Numbered from the stretch's first letter, positions 28,675 to 38,230 are shown. The stretch: 64,000 bases of DNA from an uncultured virus (IMG/VR IMGVR_UViG_3300047322_000678) (IMGVR_UViG_3300047322_000678); one strand, 5' to 3'. Notes: generated by a model from the sequence alone, not told the origin. Numbers and translations are program-made.

Positions 28675-29118
28675 TCATTGCAGATGCGGCGAGGTCAGAG
28701 CCGGCCCCATCGAATGTTTCTTCATCCGGCCATTGACAGGCAGACCGTTCACCATGCCCAGACACAGATCCTGGCTGTAAAGCGCGATCTCGTTGGTCTT
28801 GGGTCCGATTGCGGCCACGACTGTATTTAACAAGGCCAAACCCCCGTTCACGATCAGAATCGTGTTCTGGTTCGTTAGATGAGCCGCACTGAGAGCCGCC
28901 ACAATCGCGGCAGGATTGGCGTTGGTTCCGTGCGCCACAGAACAGACCACCTCAGACGCAGCCCGAATGTCCGGGGTCACTTCCGGGTGCTGGATCAGGG
29001 CGTACTGTTCAGCCAAGGTCACGCTCTGTTGAAACAGGGCATGAGAGATTGGGGATGGGGTTTTGCAGGCGCAGAGCGCGAGCAGGGGCAGGATGCAGAG
29101 CAGATTCAATTTCTTCAT
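28675..29118 (-). CDS. Lipoprotein
   Basis: MKKLNLLCILPLLALCAC lipobox. Confidence 0.6.
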   Translation of the reverse strand: MKKLNLLCILPLLALCACKTPSPISHALFQQSVTLAEQYALIQHPEVTPDIRAASEVVCSVAHGTNANPAAIVAALSAAHLTNQNTILIVNGGLALLNTVVAAIGPKTNEIALYSQDLCLGMVNGLPVNGRMKKHSMGPALTSPHLQ

Positions 29119-29380
29119 AGATTTAGTTTCGGTTTGGTGCCGTCCAATTATGTCACAGTCACATGGAGAACCGCAATGGGTGGCGCAGTACTCTCCTGAG
29201 CACATTTTGCACCCGTCTTGGTTTTCAACCGACCATGTGCATGGAACATTCATTTTCCAACCAGAACAGCGATGGCCAAGAGCAGGACCGCCACAGCCAC
29301 CAGCGGCCATTGCGGTTTGATTATCCCGGCCACGGACAGGACGATGGACAGGACCACGAGGATATTGAAAGGGGTTGGAC

Positions 29381-29770
29381 TCATGTGCTGGTTATGGGTG
29401 GAGGTGCTTGGGTTTGGACTGTGCCCTTGATCTGGTCATAAACCTCTCTGATTCCAACACCGGCAGCGCCCAGAAGTGCCCCGCCGAGCACGGTGGTATG
29501 CGCCTGACCTGACAGGGACAGAATCGCGTTCAGACCCGCCCCAAGGCCAGTTGCCAGAACCGGCAGGGTCCAGGTCGGCAGCTTCCCGATACCGGCCTTA
29601 GCCGCCGCGACCAAAAGCGGAACAGCCAGGGGTATGAGCGTCAATAAAAGCCCCATTCCTGAGCCGGGAACGGGCACGGGGGGCGTTACGGGAGGGGTAT
29701 TGGTTGTTTGTGCCAGAACAGCGAAAGGCACGGTTAAAAGAAGGAACAGGAGCCAGTTGGTGTTCTTCAT
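29381..29770 (-). CDS. Holin-like membrane protein with signal peptide
   Basis: Signal peptide plus three hydrophobic segments, ending GIREVYDQIK. Confidence 0.55.
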   Translation of the reverse strand: MKNTNWLLFLLLTVPFAVLAQTTNTPPVTPPVPVPGSGMGLLLTLIPLAVPLLVAAAKAGIGKLPTWTLPVLATGLGAGLNAILSLSGQAHTTVLGGALLGAAGVGIREVYDQIKGTVQTQAPPPITST

Positions 29771-29894
29771 AATCCCGAGAATCTGTGCCTGTTTCAGCAA
29801 AAGGTCAATGAAAAAGGTATGGGGTCAAACCCTACCTGAAAAAAAGATCAACTTTTCTGTTGAAACCGGATTCGGAACAGGTAAAGTTCTGACG

Positions 29895-30350
29895 TGTTCC
29901 TTCGTGGAAGATGAGAACACAGAGAAATGTACAGCAGCCAAATCCAGTTTAGAAGCACAGGATCAATTAAGGCAGGGATCGCATCCCGATCCGGCGCTTC
30001 GTCGGAGCTGTACATCCCCTGTGTTTCGTCCCGCCGTCTCTGAGCAATCGGAGGCGGTGTTTTCATTTAGGAACCCGTTGGGTAGTGAGCGGCATATTCA
30101 AACCGCTGGCACAGCAACGGGTTGTCCTGGGACCAGGTACGGCTAAACCAGGCGCGTGGGTGACGGGTTAGAGCGCGAGCCGAGCGGGAGTGACCCTCCT
30201 GAAATAGTCTGACCCCACCGGATCAGGGTTTTAAGCTGTTCCCGGAGTCTATTGCGAAACGACGGATCGATGGCGCTTTGCCCGGTACGGAGTGAGCAGG
30301 GCTGGATCACCCCCTTTGGGGGTTTCCTGTCCCGGCTCACTCCGGATCTC
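29895..30350 (+). ncRNA. Candidate structured non-coding RNA region upstream of an HNH gene
   Basis: Promoter-like TTGAAA-N16-TAAAGT at about 29861; long stems 29916-29935/30007-30025 and 30288-30344; no credible ORF. Confidence 0.4.
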
Positions 30351-30400
30351 AAACGCTTAACCCAGTACAGCCGGAACCAGAACAGGTACAGGACCAGAAC

Positions 30401-30796
30401 ATGAAGTGGTACATCAAACGATCTAAGGTGTTACGGGATCTTGGCTTTACCAGTTACCAGCATTACTTGGCCAGTGATCTTTGGAAGCAGGTTAAGAGAA
30501 AGGTCTTTCAGATCAAAGGCAAGTCCTGCGAGCTGTGCGGGCGGCCCGCTGCAACGGTTCATCACAACCGTTACTGCCTTGGATCAATGTTGGGCAGGCG
30601 ACTCAAGTTTCTGATCCCGATCTGTCATGCTTGCCATGAGGAAGTGGAATTTGATGGAGACAAGAAACTGAGTCTGGGTCGGGCGAGGCAGAAATGCAAG
30701 CTAAGGATCAAGGAGCACCGCTCGACAACCAATCTGGTTTCCTTGATCCTGAATTATGATGCGGAAGATGCTGGCATGGCCGGGCCAATAACGTGA
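30401..30796 (+). CDS. HNH endonuclease
   Basis: YLASDLWKQ, CELCG, VHHNRY, LIPICHACHEEV. Confidence 0.8.
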   Translation: MKWYIKRSKVLRDLGFTSYQHYLASDLWKQVKRKVFQIKGKSCELCGRPAATVHHNRYCLGSMLGRRLKFLIPICHACHEEVEFDGDKKLSLGRARQKCKLRIKEHRSTTNLVSLILNYDAEDAGMAGPIT

Positions 30797-31420
30797 GACG
30801 ATTTGGACACTGACAGGAAATAGATTATGACCAGACTCGAAATTGCCAATAACGCTTATGCCCTTAGCCAGAAAGCTAAGTTCTGGAATATGCCACTGGA
30901 AGTTTTCCCAATCGGAAAGGGCCGTGTCAGGCATATTATTTTCAGGAGAACCGGAACCTACAGGTGCGAATCCTTCTGTGGAATTTCCGGGTCAATCAGG
31001 CTAAATGTTTTCGGGAAACGATGCAAACGATGTGAAATCGGCCAGTTTGCGCTCTATCAATCCTAACCCCTCCCTTTAACGCCCCGCATTGGCCCCCGGC
31101 TTGGCTTATGAGCAATCTTCTCCAACAAGACGATGATTCTGTCCAGTTTGTAATGCAGCCGGCTCTGCGGGTCATTGGCCAGGCGCGGGATGGGGCGGAC
31201 GTGTTTCAAGGCTTGGTCCAGTGCTGGAACAGTTTGTCCACTACCGGCAGATCCAGCGGTCCCGGCTCCCGAAACCCGGTATGGCCCGGAGCTTGCCCAG
31301 TCAAGGCGTGGCCCGCTTCATCCACGGGATAGAACGGCCAATGATGAGGCGCGGGCGGACGAATGGCCAGATCGGTCCAGCCAAGGGCGGAGAAGATTTC
31401 GATGCGAAACTCTAGTGCCG

Positions 31421-31735
31421 TCATGGCTTGGTCGGTGCCGGGACGGGAGCAGTCTTGTCCATCCGAGCCTTCACCGCGCTGGAATCACCGCTGACTATGG
31501 CTGCGGAGTTCTCGATGGAGTTCTGGCTGTTCGTGGCCAGACGATGGCCTGTGAAAATCAGTCCCAATCCTCCCAGGATGCCCGTGGCGGCTCTTTCAAC
31601 CGTGGTTTCGTCCGCAGTACCCGCCTTGAACATAAACGCCAGGTGGATGACGTTGGACAGGATCATCAGCAATCCTGCCGAGGAAATCGGCCAATTCTGA
31701 ATCAGCTTGTTGATCATGGATTTCGACTCCCCCAT
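31421..31735 (-). CDS. Holin-like membrane protein
   Basis: NWPISSAG plus two transmembrane segments ending GLGLIF. Confidence 0.55.
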   Translation of the reverse strand: MGESKSMINKLIQNWPISSAGLLMILSNVIHLAFMFKAGTADETTVERAATGILGGLGLIFTGHRLATNSQNSIENSAAIVSGDSSAVKARMDKTAPVPAPTKP

Positions 31736-31962
31736 TTCGGTTCTTTCGGGCCGTGAACGATCTTGGCAATGAAGAAATAGCTGGTGCCGACCATGACAAA
31801 GCCAACTGCCGTGGACGGGGCCATATCGGACTTGGCTCCGAGGCTTGCCAGAGGCGGAATATTGAATAAGTAGCCGAACAAGCAGACCGCTCCTAGCATG
31901 ATGAAGCAGATCCCGTACATCTGGATCACGCAGATTGAAGCGAATTTGAGCGGGGTCATCAT
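31714..31962 (-). CDS. Small membrane protein
   Basis: Two hydrophobic segments; MAPSTAVGF. Confidence 0.5.
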   Translation of the reverse strand: MMTPLKFASICVIQMYGICFIMLGAVCLFGYLFNIPPLASLGAKSDMAPSTAVGFVMVGTSYFFIAKIVHGPKEPKWGSRNP

Positions 31963-32246
31963 CGTCGGCCTCCTTTCGGCGTCACCTCGTCCACCTTCAT
32001 TTTCAGAATCATAATCACGTTCTGATCGATCTCGTTGACTTTGTTCAGAATCTCAGACCGTTCCCGGTCAGCGCGGTTCTGGGCCTCAATGCGCTGGCGT
32101 TCAATCATGTGCATGGCGTTATCAAAGGTTTCGCGTTGCACAAAATTCTTCTGTAACTTAAAGACGATGAACCCGAACAAGGGCACGGAAATGAATCCCA
32201 GCACCGACAGGATCACCATTATTAACGGCCCTTCGTTGTCTTTCAT
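31959..32246 (-). CDS. Membrane-anchored coiled-coil protein (lysis-cassette type)
   Basis: N-terminal transmembrane segment followed by a coiled coil. Confidence 0.55.
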   Translation of the reverse strand: MKDNEGPLIMVILSVLGFISVPLFGFIVFKLQKNFVQRETFDNAMHMIERQRIEAQNRADRERSEILNKVNEIDQNVIMILKMKVDEVTPKGGRR

Positions 32247-32307
32247 GGTTCATCCAGATGATGACGGATACTCCGCCCCGTGTTGTCCGTTGGAACTCAT
32301 GGGAAAG

Positions 32308-32743
32308 TTAATGCCCGCATTCGCAATACGATTCAATCGGGCAAGACGCGACAGCGCAGGCATTACTGCTATTGCAGTTTCCGAAAATATAAAACCTCGC
32401 CCAACAAGTGCTGTTAGGCATTTTGATCTCCGCAGTGTCAACGTTTCCATTTTGACAGACCATCGTAATAAACACCACAGTTTGACCGCCATAACTGCAC
32501 TGAGGTCTAGCGCAGCCTGACAAGTCAATGGTGATTATGGCCGCTGGGGGCTTTAACCGTATCAGTGCAGCTATTTCCGTAACTAACATAGCATCCATGA
32601 GTTGGTCCTGTGCAATCTGTCGGGGTGCACGCCCGACCTCCAGATGGGCCAACGTATATAAAACTCACCGTGGCACATGGAGGAGTTGCCATGCATGACG
32701 TAATAACAAATAGCAGACCAATAATTACAAATAGTTTCTTCAT
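32308..32743 (-). pseudogene. Cys-rich secreted protein split by a frameshift (or two overlapping ORFs)
   Basis: 32525..32743 (signal peptide, Cys-rich) continues in the +1 frame as the Cys-rich IITIDLSGC...CECGH; C5 run at 32546-32550. Confidence 0.45.
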
Positions 32744-33060
32744 TTGATTTTTAGACTGTTGATGGTTCTAGCCACCGTTGAAGTGGCCGTGTTTGACGGG
32801 ATTGATTCGCCAAATTGATTTGATGCAGTCGCATACCAAAAGCCATTGCCGGGGAGGATTGCCACAGTCACGTTGGTCCCGGTCACGTTCGTTGCCAGAG
32901 TCCAGTTCGGCGTAACCAGGTTTGTCGTGAAATAGATATTGAACGTCACGTTCGAGACTTCATCGGCAGGGTAGTCCCAGGAGAGGAGTGCGGTTGTGTG
33001 AACTGCGGCAATGGCCGCCAGAGAAAACAGAATCAGGATTATTGAAATTGCTCGCTTCAT
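32740..33060 (-). CDS. Secreted FN3-like single-domain protein
   Basis: Signal peptide; LSWDY...FNIY...ATASNQFGESIPSN. Confidence 0.7.
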   Translation of the reverse strand: MKRAISIILILFSLAAIAAVHTTALLSWDYPADEVSNVTFNIYFTTNLVTPNWTLATNVTGTNVTVAILPGNGFWYATASNQFGESIPSNTATSTVARTINSLKIK

Positions 33061-33818
33061 GGAACAGTGATGCCGTAAATCGCGCCAAGATATTTCTCCT
33101 CGCTGAGCCGGTCAGATGCAGACAAAAGATAGTGGCATTCCAGTCTCGCAATGATTCCATTAAATGCGTTCGCGGAAACATTTTGATAAATTCCGATGAA
33201 AAAATTATCACAATCTTTTTGAGTATATGCCAATGAACTTCCGATCTGGGTTCCGTTCCTGAATATTGCGCCTGATGTTCCAGTAGAATCTAATTGCCAG
33301 GACAAAATTTGAGCGCCGACAGTGTTAGCTGCCGGTTCATGGAATGATCCATCATACCAACCCACTTTATTGTTTCCAGTGTTTGCATTGAATTGGATGG
33401 TTTGAGCTGCACTTTTAGAAAAGTGTAGTAATTCTTCATTGGCTGAATTTGCACCATCAAACGCCACTATCACTGCAATGACTGTGTAATTCGTTACCGG
33501 GAGAACATTGGTGGAAATTGATTTTGAATAATACGTAGGAACAGACCTTGTGAAAACCATGCCTTTCTTGTTGTTCAACACGCTAATGGAGTTGGAGATA
33601 TAGGGCCGGTTGGCTCCTGAACTTATGAACTCATAAGCGTTTGGACCTGAATCCGTCCAAGGGGAAAGTTGTGTTCCATCAGAACCGCTCTGAGTTTCGG
33701 CGTCTAAGTCAAATATCATTCCATTGGTCACGTGACCCCCACCACCGCCGCTCGCCGGAGTTCCTTGAATCGATGCCGCACCTCGCATGGCAACGCTCAC
33801 GGCAAAGGTCTGCGCCAT
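33057..33818 (-). CDS. LamG/concanavalin-like lectin domain protein
   Basis: DLDAE...WTDSGPN...IFRNGTQ...FNGIIA...EKYLGAIYGI pattern; probable upstream signal peptide from 33869. Confidence 0.65.
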   Translation of the reverse strand: MAQTFAVSVAMRGAASIQGTPASGGGGGHVTNGMIFDLDAETQSGSDGTQLSPWTDSGPNAYEFISSGANRPYISNSISVLNNKKGMVFTRSVPTYYSKSISTNVLPVTNYTVIAVIVAFDGANSANEELLHFSKSAAQTIQFNANTGNNKVGWYDGSFHEPAANTVGAQILSWQLDSTGTSGAIFRNGTQIGSSLAYTQKDCDNFFIGIYQNVSANAFNGIIARLECHYLLSASDRLSEEKYLGAIYGITVP

Positions 33819-33865
33819 AGTGCACTGAGCGCAAAAGACAGAAAGAAATATAAGGATTGTCGTTT

Positions 33866-36739
33866 TTATTTGAATTGAACGATTGCCATGTTAGTGCATT
33901 GCCCTGGGAAAACGTCAACGGAAATTACCGCAGTGTTGCCATTAGTGATGGTGCGCGTGGTAACAAAGTCGCTGGCGTGGATGGATGCCGGGTTTGTCCA
34001 GACGAAGGTGCCAGATGTGACAATGGTTAGCTGGCCCCATCGTTCAGTTGAGGTGCCTGCGTTAGCAACTCCGGTGATTCCCGCGCCCGTGTTCGCGCCA
34101 GTTACCAGAATCAGATTTGTAAATCCCAAAGGAAATGCACTGTTCGTCGTGAAGCTATTAGTCTGCGCGTCGAGATAGCCGTAGATAGTTGGCGTCGTCG
34201 TGGTTAATGCGTGCGCGGCATCAATCGTTACCGTATTGGATATGGTGATTGCGTTAGCATGATTATTTGTGAGGACGGCACTTGGGAATAGTGTATTCAC
34301 TTGTGCCGATGTGGTCGCTGAACCATCTGCATCCACAGGAACGGCTCCAGATGTCGCCGCGCTAGTTTGTGCCTTGTTTGCGTCCGTGAGTATTAATCGG
34401 GATGCCGTTAGTCCGGAATTTGTATAGCCCGTCGCGTTCACGGCGCCCGATACATTCACTTTCGCGGCGAAATAATTTGATCCCGTGGTGTTCGTCGTGG
34501 TCAGGGTCGAAAGCGTGGCAGTGCCTCCCAAATAGTTCGTGGCGTTCACTTGATCGCCGGTGACTGTTCCAACCCAAGAGCCGTTGGTGTTTGCGATGGC
34601 GTTGGTCGCAGACCCAGAGGCGATGTTTGTCAGCCCTCCTCCATTACCAATAAACTGTCCGGTCAATAACGTCAAATCCCCACTCTGACCAGAAATCTTC
34701 ACGCGATTTGTTAAGGTTCCAAGCGTTGAAACTCCCGTAGTTCCGTTTGTTCCAGAAGTAGCCAAGTACAGGTTTGGTGGATTTCCATTCCCTGTTTGGA
34801 TACCAGACGATACCACAAAGTCACCACCGGGCTTGTCGGTGCCGCTGGCCTGCATTCCTTGAATACGAGCAGTTCCTGCGGTTGAACCGTTCACGTTATT
34901 GGTTCCAATCTGAACCACGTTATTGTCATGAAACATCAGGAAGCTGGTCCGACTCTTGTAAGCCGAGTCCGTGTCGCCGCCCATTAATTGCCGAACCCCA
35001 ATATCCAGCCCTTGCTGGCCTGCGCCGGTATTGTAGAACCGAGCGAAGATGTTCCCGCCGTTATCGATCAGGCCCATGTCGGCTTGGCTCAGAGCGAACC
35101 CGTATCCGGCAACGTGACCGAAGTTCAATGTGCTGGTGCTGGCCGCTTGGCCTTGCATTAAATAACCACCGGAACCAGAATTAAAAACGTGATAATGATC
35201 AGAGGTGATTCCGAACGAACCGTTATCGTTCACGAACGGATAAGCGTTGTAAGCGGTGTGGCCCGAAATCGGATTGGCTGTTGGCTCGATTATCAATGAA
35301 CCTATCTTGATCGGGTTGATTCCGATAGTGGTTCGGGATGCGCCTTGATTGCCTACGATCTCAAAATACCCGTTCTGGCTCGGGGCACTGATGAAATCCC
35401 ACCAGAGCGAGTTGGCTTCGCTCGTGTACTCGGCATAAATCCGGTTCGTGATGGCATTGGTCCAGGTCGTGCCGCTGGGTCGGCTACGCCATTCAACCTG
35501 GTTCGTGGCGGTGTTGACCATGATACTGTCGATAACGTTGGTCGTGGTCGAATTGAACTTGGAGATATAGTTCAATGTTCCGGGACCGACTCCGCCACCG
35601 CCGCCCCCACTACTTGTTGCATTAACCGTATATGCCAGGCCATTGGTCTGAACCGTAACGTTCGTTCCGGCTATGACAACCGGATTGGTCGATACGCTCA
35701 GGGTCACGACTGAGCCGTTAGTTACAGCCGTGATGTTGGTTCCGGCTTGGACGAATTGACCAGTGCCTCCACCGTTCGTGGCTGTGGCTGATATAGTCAC
35801 AACATTTCCGTTGGTGACGAAAGAGACATTGGTCCCAGCAGCAACGAATGGGGCTGCCAATGACCATTGACTGTCGCCTCTGGTACTGGTTGCGGTCGGA
35901 ATGTATCCGACAATGGCAGTGTTGGTTGGGGTAATCCAGTTGCTAGCCCAAGCAGCGCCGTTATTGGCAAAATAAAACATGCCAAGTTGGTCATATGAAA
36001 GCTGCATCGCTCCCAATGATTGGCTAAAAGTCCAATCGTTTGTTCCGGACAATCCGCCGTTCGTAAACACCAGCCCTCCACCAAGCAAATGCAGGTTATT
36101 TGTGATCTCTACAGGCCCGATTGAATTGGAAATTCCTCCGGTACGGGAATCGAGGAACCAGTAATTGGTCGATCCGGGCTTCCACGCACTTGCCCCGCTG
36201 GTTCCGGTCGCTGTCGGAACATAACCATCTACGGCAATATTTGTTGGGGTAATGAAATTTGAGGCCCAGAACGCTCCGTTATTGGCGAAATAAAACATGG
36301 ACAGTTGGTTGTACCCAACCGACATGTTTCCAAGTCCTTGACTGAAGGTCCAAGCATTGGTTCCAGAAAGGCCACCGTTGGTGAAGGTGATTCCACCACC
36401 AAGTATTCTCAGATTGTTTGTGACCTCAACCGGACCAAGAGAATTTGTTATGCCACCGGTTCTGGGATCATAAACCCAATTGATGCTTCCAACCGTAAAA
36501 TCCAACCCGACCAGGTTTGTGCCGATGGTGATTCCGGGTCCGGGCCGCATGATGATTGTGTTTGTTCCGGAATTGGTCACGGAAGCCATGGGAACCCAAA
36601 GATTGTGCCCTCCGGCAGCACCGGATCGACCCAGAACATAAGTGTCCACAGGCGGATTCGTGGCGGCAGTTACGTATGGGACTTGACTTTTAGCCGTTAC
36701 GGCGCAGAGACAGATAAGAAAGGCAATGAATGTTTTCAT
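33866..36739 (-). CDS. Large TN-rich fibre/adhesin-like protein with signal peptide
   Basis: MKTFIAFLICLCAVTAKSQ; ~100-aa tandem duplication (RTGGI(T/S)NS...GY(V/I)PTAT); AGTN(V/I) repeats; FIGNGGGLTNI fibre motif. Confidence 0.75.
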   Translation of the reverse strand: MKTFIAFLICLCAVTAKSQVPYVTAATNPPVDTYVLGRSGAAGGHNLWVPMASVTNSGTNTIIMRPGPGITIGTNLVGLDFTVGSINWVYDPRTGGITNSLGPVEVTNNLRILGGGITFTNGGLSGTNAWTFSQGLGNMSVGYNQLSMFYFANNGAFWASNFITPTNIAVDGYVPTATGTSGASAWKPGSTNYWFLDSRTGGISNSIGPVEITNNLHLLGGGLVFTNGGLSGTNDWTFSQSLGAMQLSYDQLGMFYFANNGAAWASNWITPTNTAIVGYIPTATSTRGDSQWSLAAPFVAAGTNVSFVTNGNVVTISATATNGGGTGQFVQAGTNITAVTNGSVVTLSVSTNPVVIAGTNVTVQTNGLAYTVNATSSGGGGGGVGPGTLNYISKFNSTTTNVIDSIMVNTATNQVEWRSRPSGTTWTNAITNRIYAEYTSEANSLWWDFISAPSQNGYFEIVGNQGASRTTIGINPIKIGSLIIEPTANPISGHTAYNAYPFVNDNGSFGITSDHYHVFNSGSGGYLMQGQAASTSTLNFGHVAGYGFALSQADMGLIDNGGNIFARFYNTGAGQQGLDIGVRQLMGGDTDSAYKSRTSFLMFHDNNVVQIGTNNVNGSTAGTARIQGMQASGTDKPGGDFVVSSGIQTGNGNPPNLYLATSGTNGTTGVSTLGTLTNRVKISGQSGDLTLLTGQFIGNGGGLTNIASGSATNAIANTNGSWVGTVTGDQVNATNYLGGTATLSTLTTTNTTGSNYFAAKVNVSGAVNATGYTNSGLTASRLILTDANKAQTSAATSGAVPVDADGSATTSAQVNTLFPSAVLTNNHANAITISNTVTIDAAHALTTTTPTIYGYLDAQTNSFTTNSAFPLGFTNLILVTGANTGAGITGVANAGTSTERWGQLTIVTSGTFVWTNPASIHASDFVTTRTITNGNTAVISVDVFPGQCTNMAIVQFK

Positions 36740-37008
36740 GTAGTTGGGGCGATCCAAGGACCGGCATCGGCCCAAGTCCAAATTAAACCGGCAGGGACAG
36801 AATCAAGCTGGCGATAAATGGCGTCGATGCCGCCAGGGATCACGACTCCGGTCGGATCGCCGTTGCCATGAAAGATTTCTTTCTTAGCCGCGCCTCCACC
36901 ACCGGACCCGCCGCCTTCGGCTATGATGAGCTTGACAAGCAAAGTCCTCTGTGTATCGTAAATTTTTGGTACTGTTCCGGAAGAATATGTCTCGTCACCC
37001 GCAGCCAT
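36736..37008 (-). CDS. Small putative structural protein
   Basis: SSGTVPKIYDTQR motif shared with the neighbouring ORF; GNGDPTG. Confidence 0.55.
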   Translation of the reverse strand: MAAGDETYSSGTVPKIYDTQRTLLVKLIIAEGGGSGGGGAAKKEIFHGNGDPTGVVIPGGIDAIYRQLDSVPAGLIWTWADAGPWIAPTT

Positions 37009-37025
37009 AAAGTGTTCCTTTCATG

Positions 37026-37268
37026 TTACCGAATCCGAATTTCATTGTCGTGACAGCAGCCCAGTGAAGAATCAATATCCAAACCGGATGCTGCCGCAAC
37101 GCACTTCGCTTTTAACCGCCAGATCGTGTCGTACGCACTCGGATTGTTCCGGGCGAATGGAGAATTTGCGTTGTTCTGAATGACGACCAGCTTCTTCTCC
37201 CAGAGCACTCGTTTAGTGTCCGCAATCCTCGGTACTGTCCCGGAACTGAATCGTGATGTGATCGGCAT
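37026..37268 (-). CDS. Small putative structural protein
   Basis: SSGTVPRIADTKR. Confidence 0.55.
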   Translation of the reverse strand: MPITSRFSSGTVPRIADTKRVLWEKKLVVIQNNANSPFARNNPSAYDTIWRLKAKCVAAASGLDIDSSLGCCHDNEIRIR

Positions 37269-37501
37269 TATGTAAACAGAATCGATTCCGGCAGTTTAAT
37301 TTCCAGCGGAATATGGTCCGCTTCAATTACCAGATCATCCAATGGATTGGGATACGCCGCCGCCATGTGCGGTCCTGACAGGAACTGGGTCCGGTTCACC
37401 TTAATCAACGGGAATATGTTGTCGTTAGACGGGTAAAACGCGCAGCCAAACGGCAATTTCCAAAAGATTGTCCGTCTCATTCTGGTTCGGTGATAGACCA
37501 C
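37268..37501 (-). CDS. Hypothetical protein (paralog of 37508..37732)
   Basis: RTR..TIFWKL..G motif. Confidence 0.5.
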   Translation of the reverse strand: MVYHRTRMRRTIFWKLPFGCAFYPSNDNIFPLIKVNRTQFLSGPHMAAAYPNPLDDLVIEADHIPLEIKLPESILFT

Positions 37502-37507
37502 AACAGT

Positions 37508-37732
37508 TCAGCTCTGTTCCCGGTTAAAGAACTTATCTTCTTCGATCACAGCCAGGTCATTGAGCACAGCCGTTCCGGTATCGGTCTGGGGAATGGCATT
37601 GGCTGTGACCCGGAGCCGTGACCCGAGCTTGACGAACGGGCCGCTGGTTGTGCTGATCCAATACACGGCTCCGTTCCGGAGCTTCTGGAATATGGTGTGG
37701 CTGAGTCTGGTTCTGCGTGGTACGAGGTTCAT
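37508..37732 (-). CDS. Hypothetical protein
   Basis: RTR..TIFQKL..G motif. Confidence 0.55.
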   Translation of the reverse strand: MNLVPRRTRLSHTIFQKLRNGAVYWISTTSGPFVKLGSRLRVTANAIPQTDTGTAVLNDLAVIEEDKFFNREQS

Positions 37733-37734
37733 AA

Positions 37735-38049
37735 TTAGTATCCTGTTTGGTTTGATTGCGCCATCATCTGGTCTGTCCCGGACACAATGCTCTGGCCTAG
37801 ACCTTTGTAATCCGGCACTTTCTCTTTCTCTTTCTTAACCGGCATGTCGTGATCGCCCAGCTTTGTCATGCAAAGTTTCGAGCCATTAACTTTGAAGGAA
37901 CAGACCAGATCGAACTGGTCGCCTTCCCCTTCTCCCATTTCTGGCGGGACGAAGCCTTTCGGTACGGCAAACTCAACATACTCGCCGCCCTTGGCTTCGG
38001 CCTTTTCTTCCTGGGGCGATTCGCCCGCGTCCGGTTCTGGTTCGGTCAT
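37735..38049 (-). CDS. Acidic hypothetical protein
   Basis: ATGA-coupled; VEFAVPKGFVPP. Confidence 0.55.
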   Translation of the reverse strand: MTEPEPDAGESPQEEKAEAKGGEYVEFAVPKGFVPPEMGEGEGDQFDLVCSFKVNGSKLCMTKLGDHDMPVKKEKEKVPDYKGLGQSIVSGTDQMMAQSNQTGY

Positions 38050-38210
38050 ACGATTGCTGTCCATGTTCCGTCGATCTTCTGTTGGATCGTGTTCTCCTCG
38101 CGGTCGATGATCAAGTCACCATTCCCGCCGAATTCCGAGTCAATGGTCTGCCCTTCACTGATCTCCTCGTCCATGATCCAGATCTTCGCTATCTGCGCTG
38201 CTGCGGCCAT
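38046..38210 (-). CDS. Mini-protein paralog 3 (54 aa)
   Basis: FGGNGDLIIDREENTIQQKIDGTW; AGAAAGGA RBS; below the track cutoff. Confidence 0.65.
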   Translation of the reverse strand: MAAAAQIAKIWIMDEEISEGQTIDSEFGGNGDLIIDREENTIQQKIDGTWTAIV

Positions 38211-38230
38211 AGGTTTGGTCCTTTCTTTGG

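Noticed and set aside
30401..30796. IscB/OMEGA nuclease
   Set aside because: Only 131 aa, with no PLMP or split RuvC motifs.
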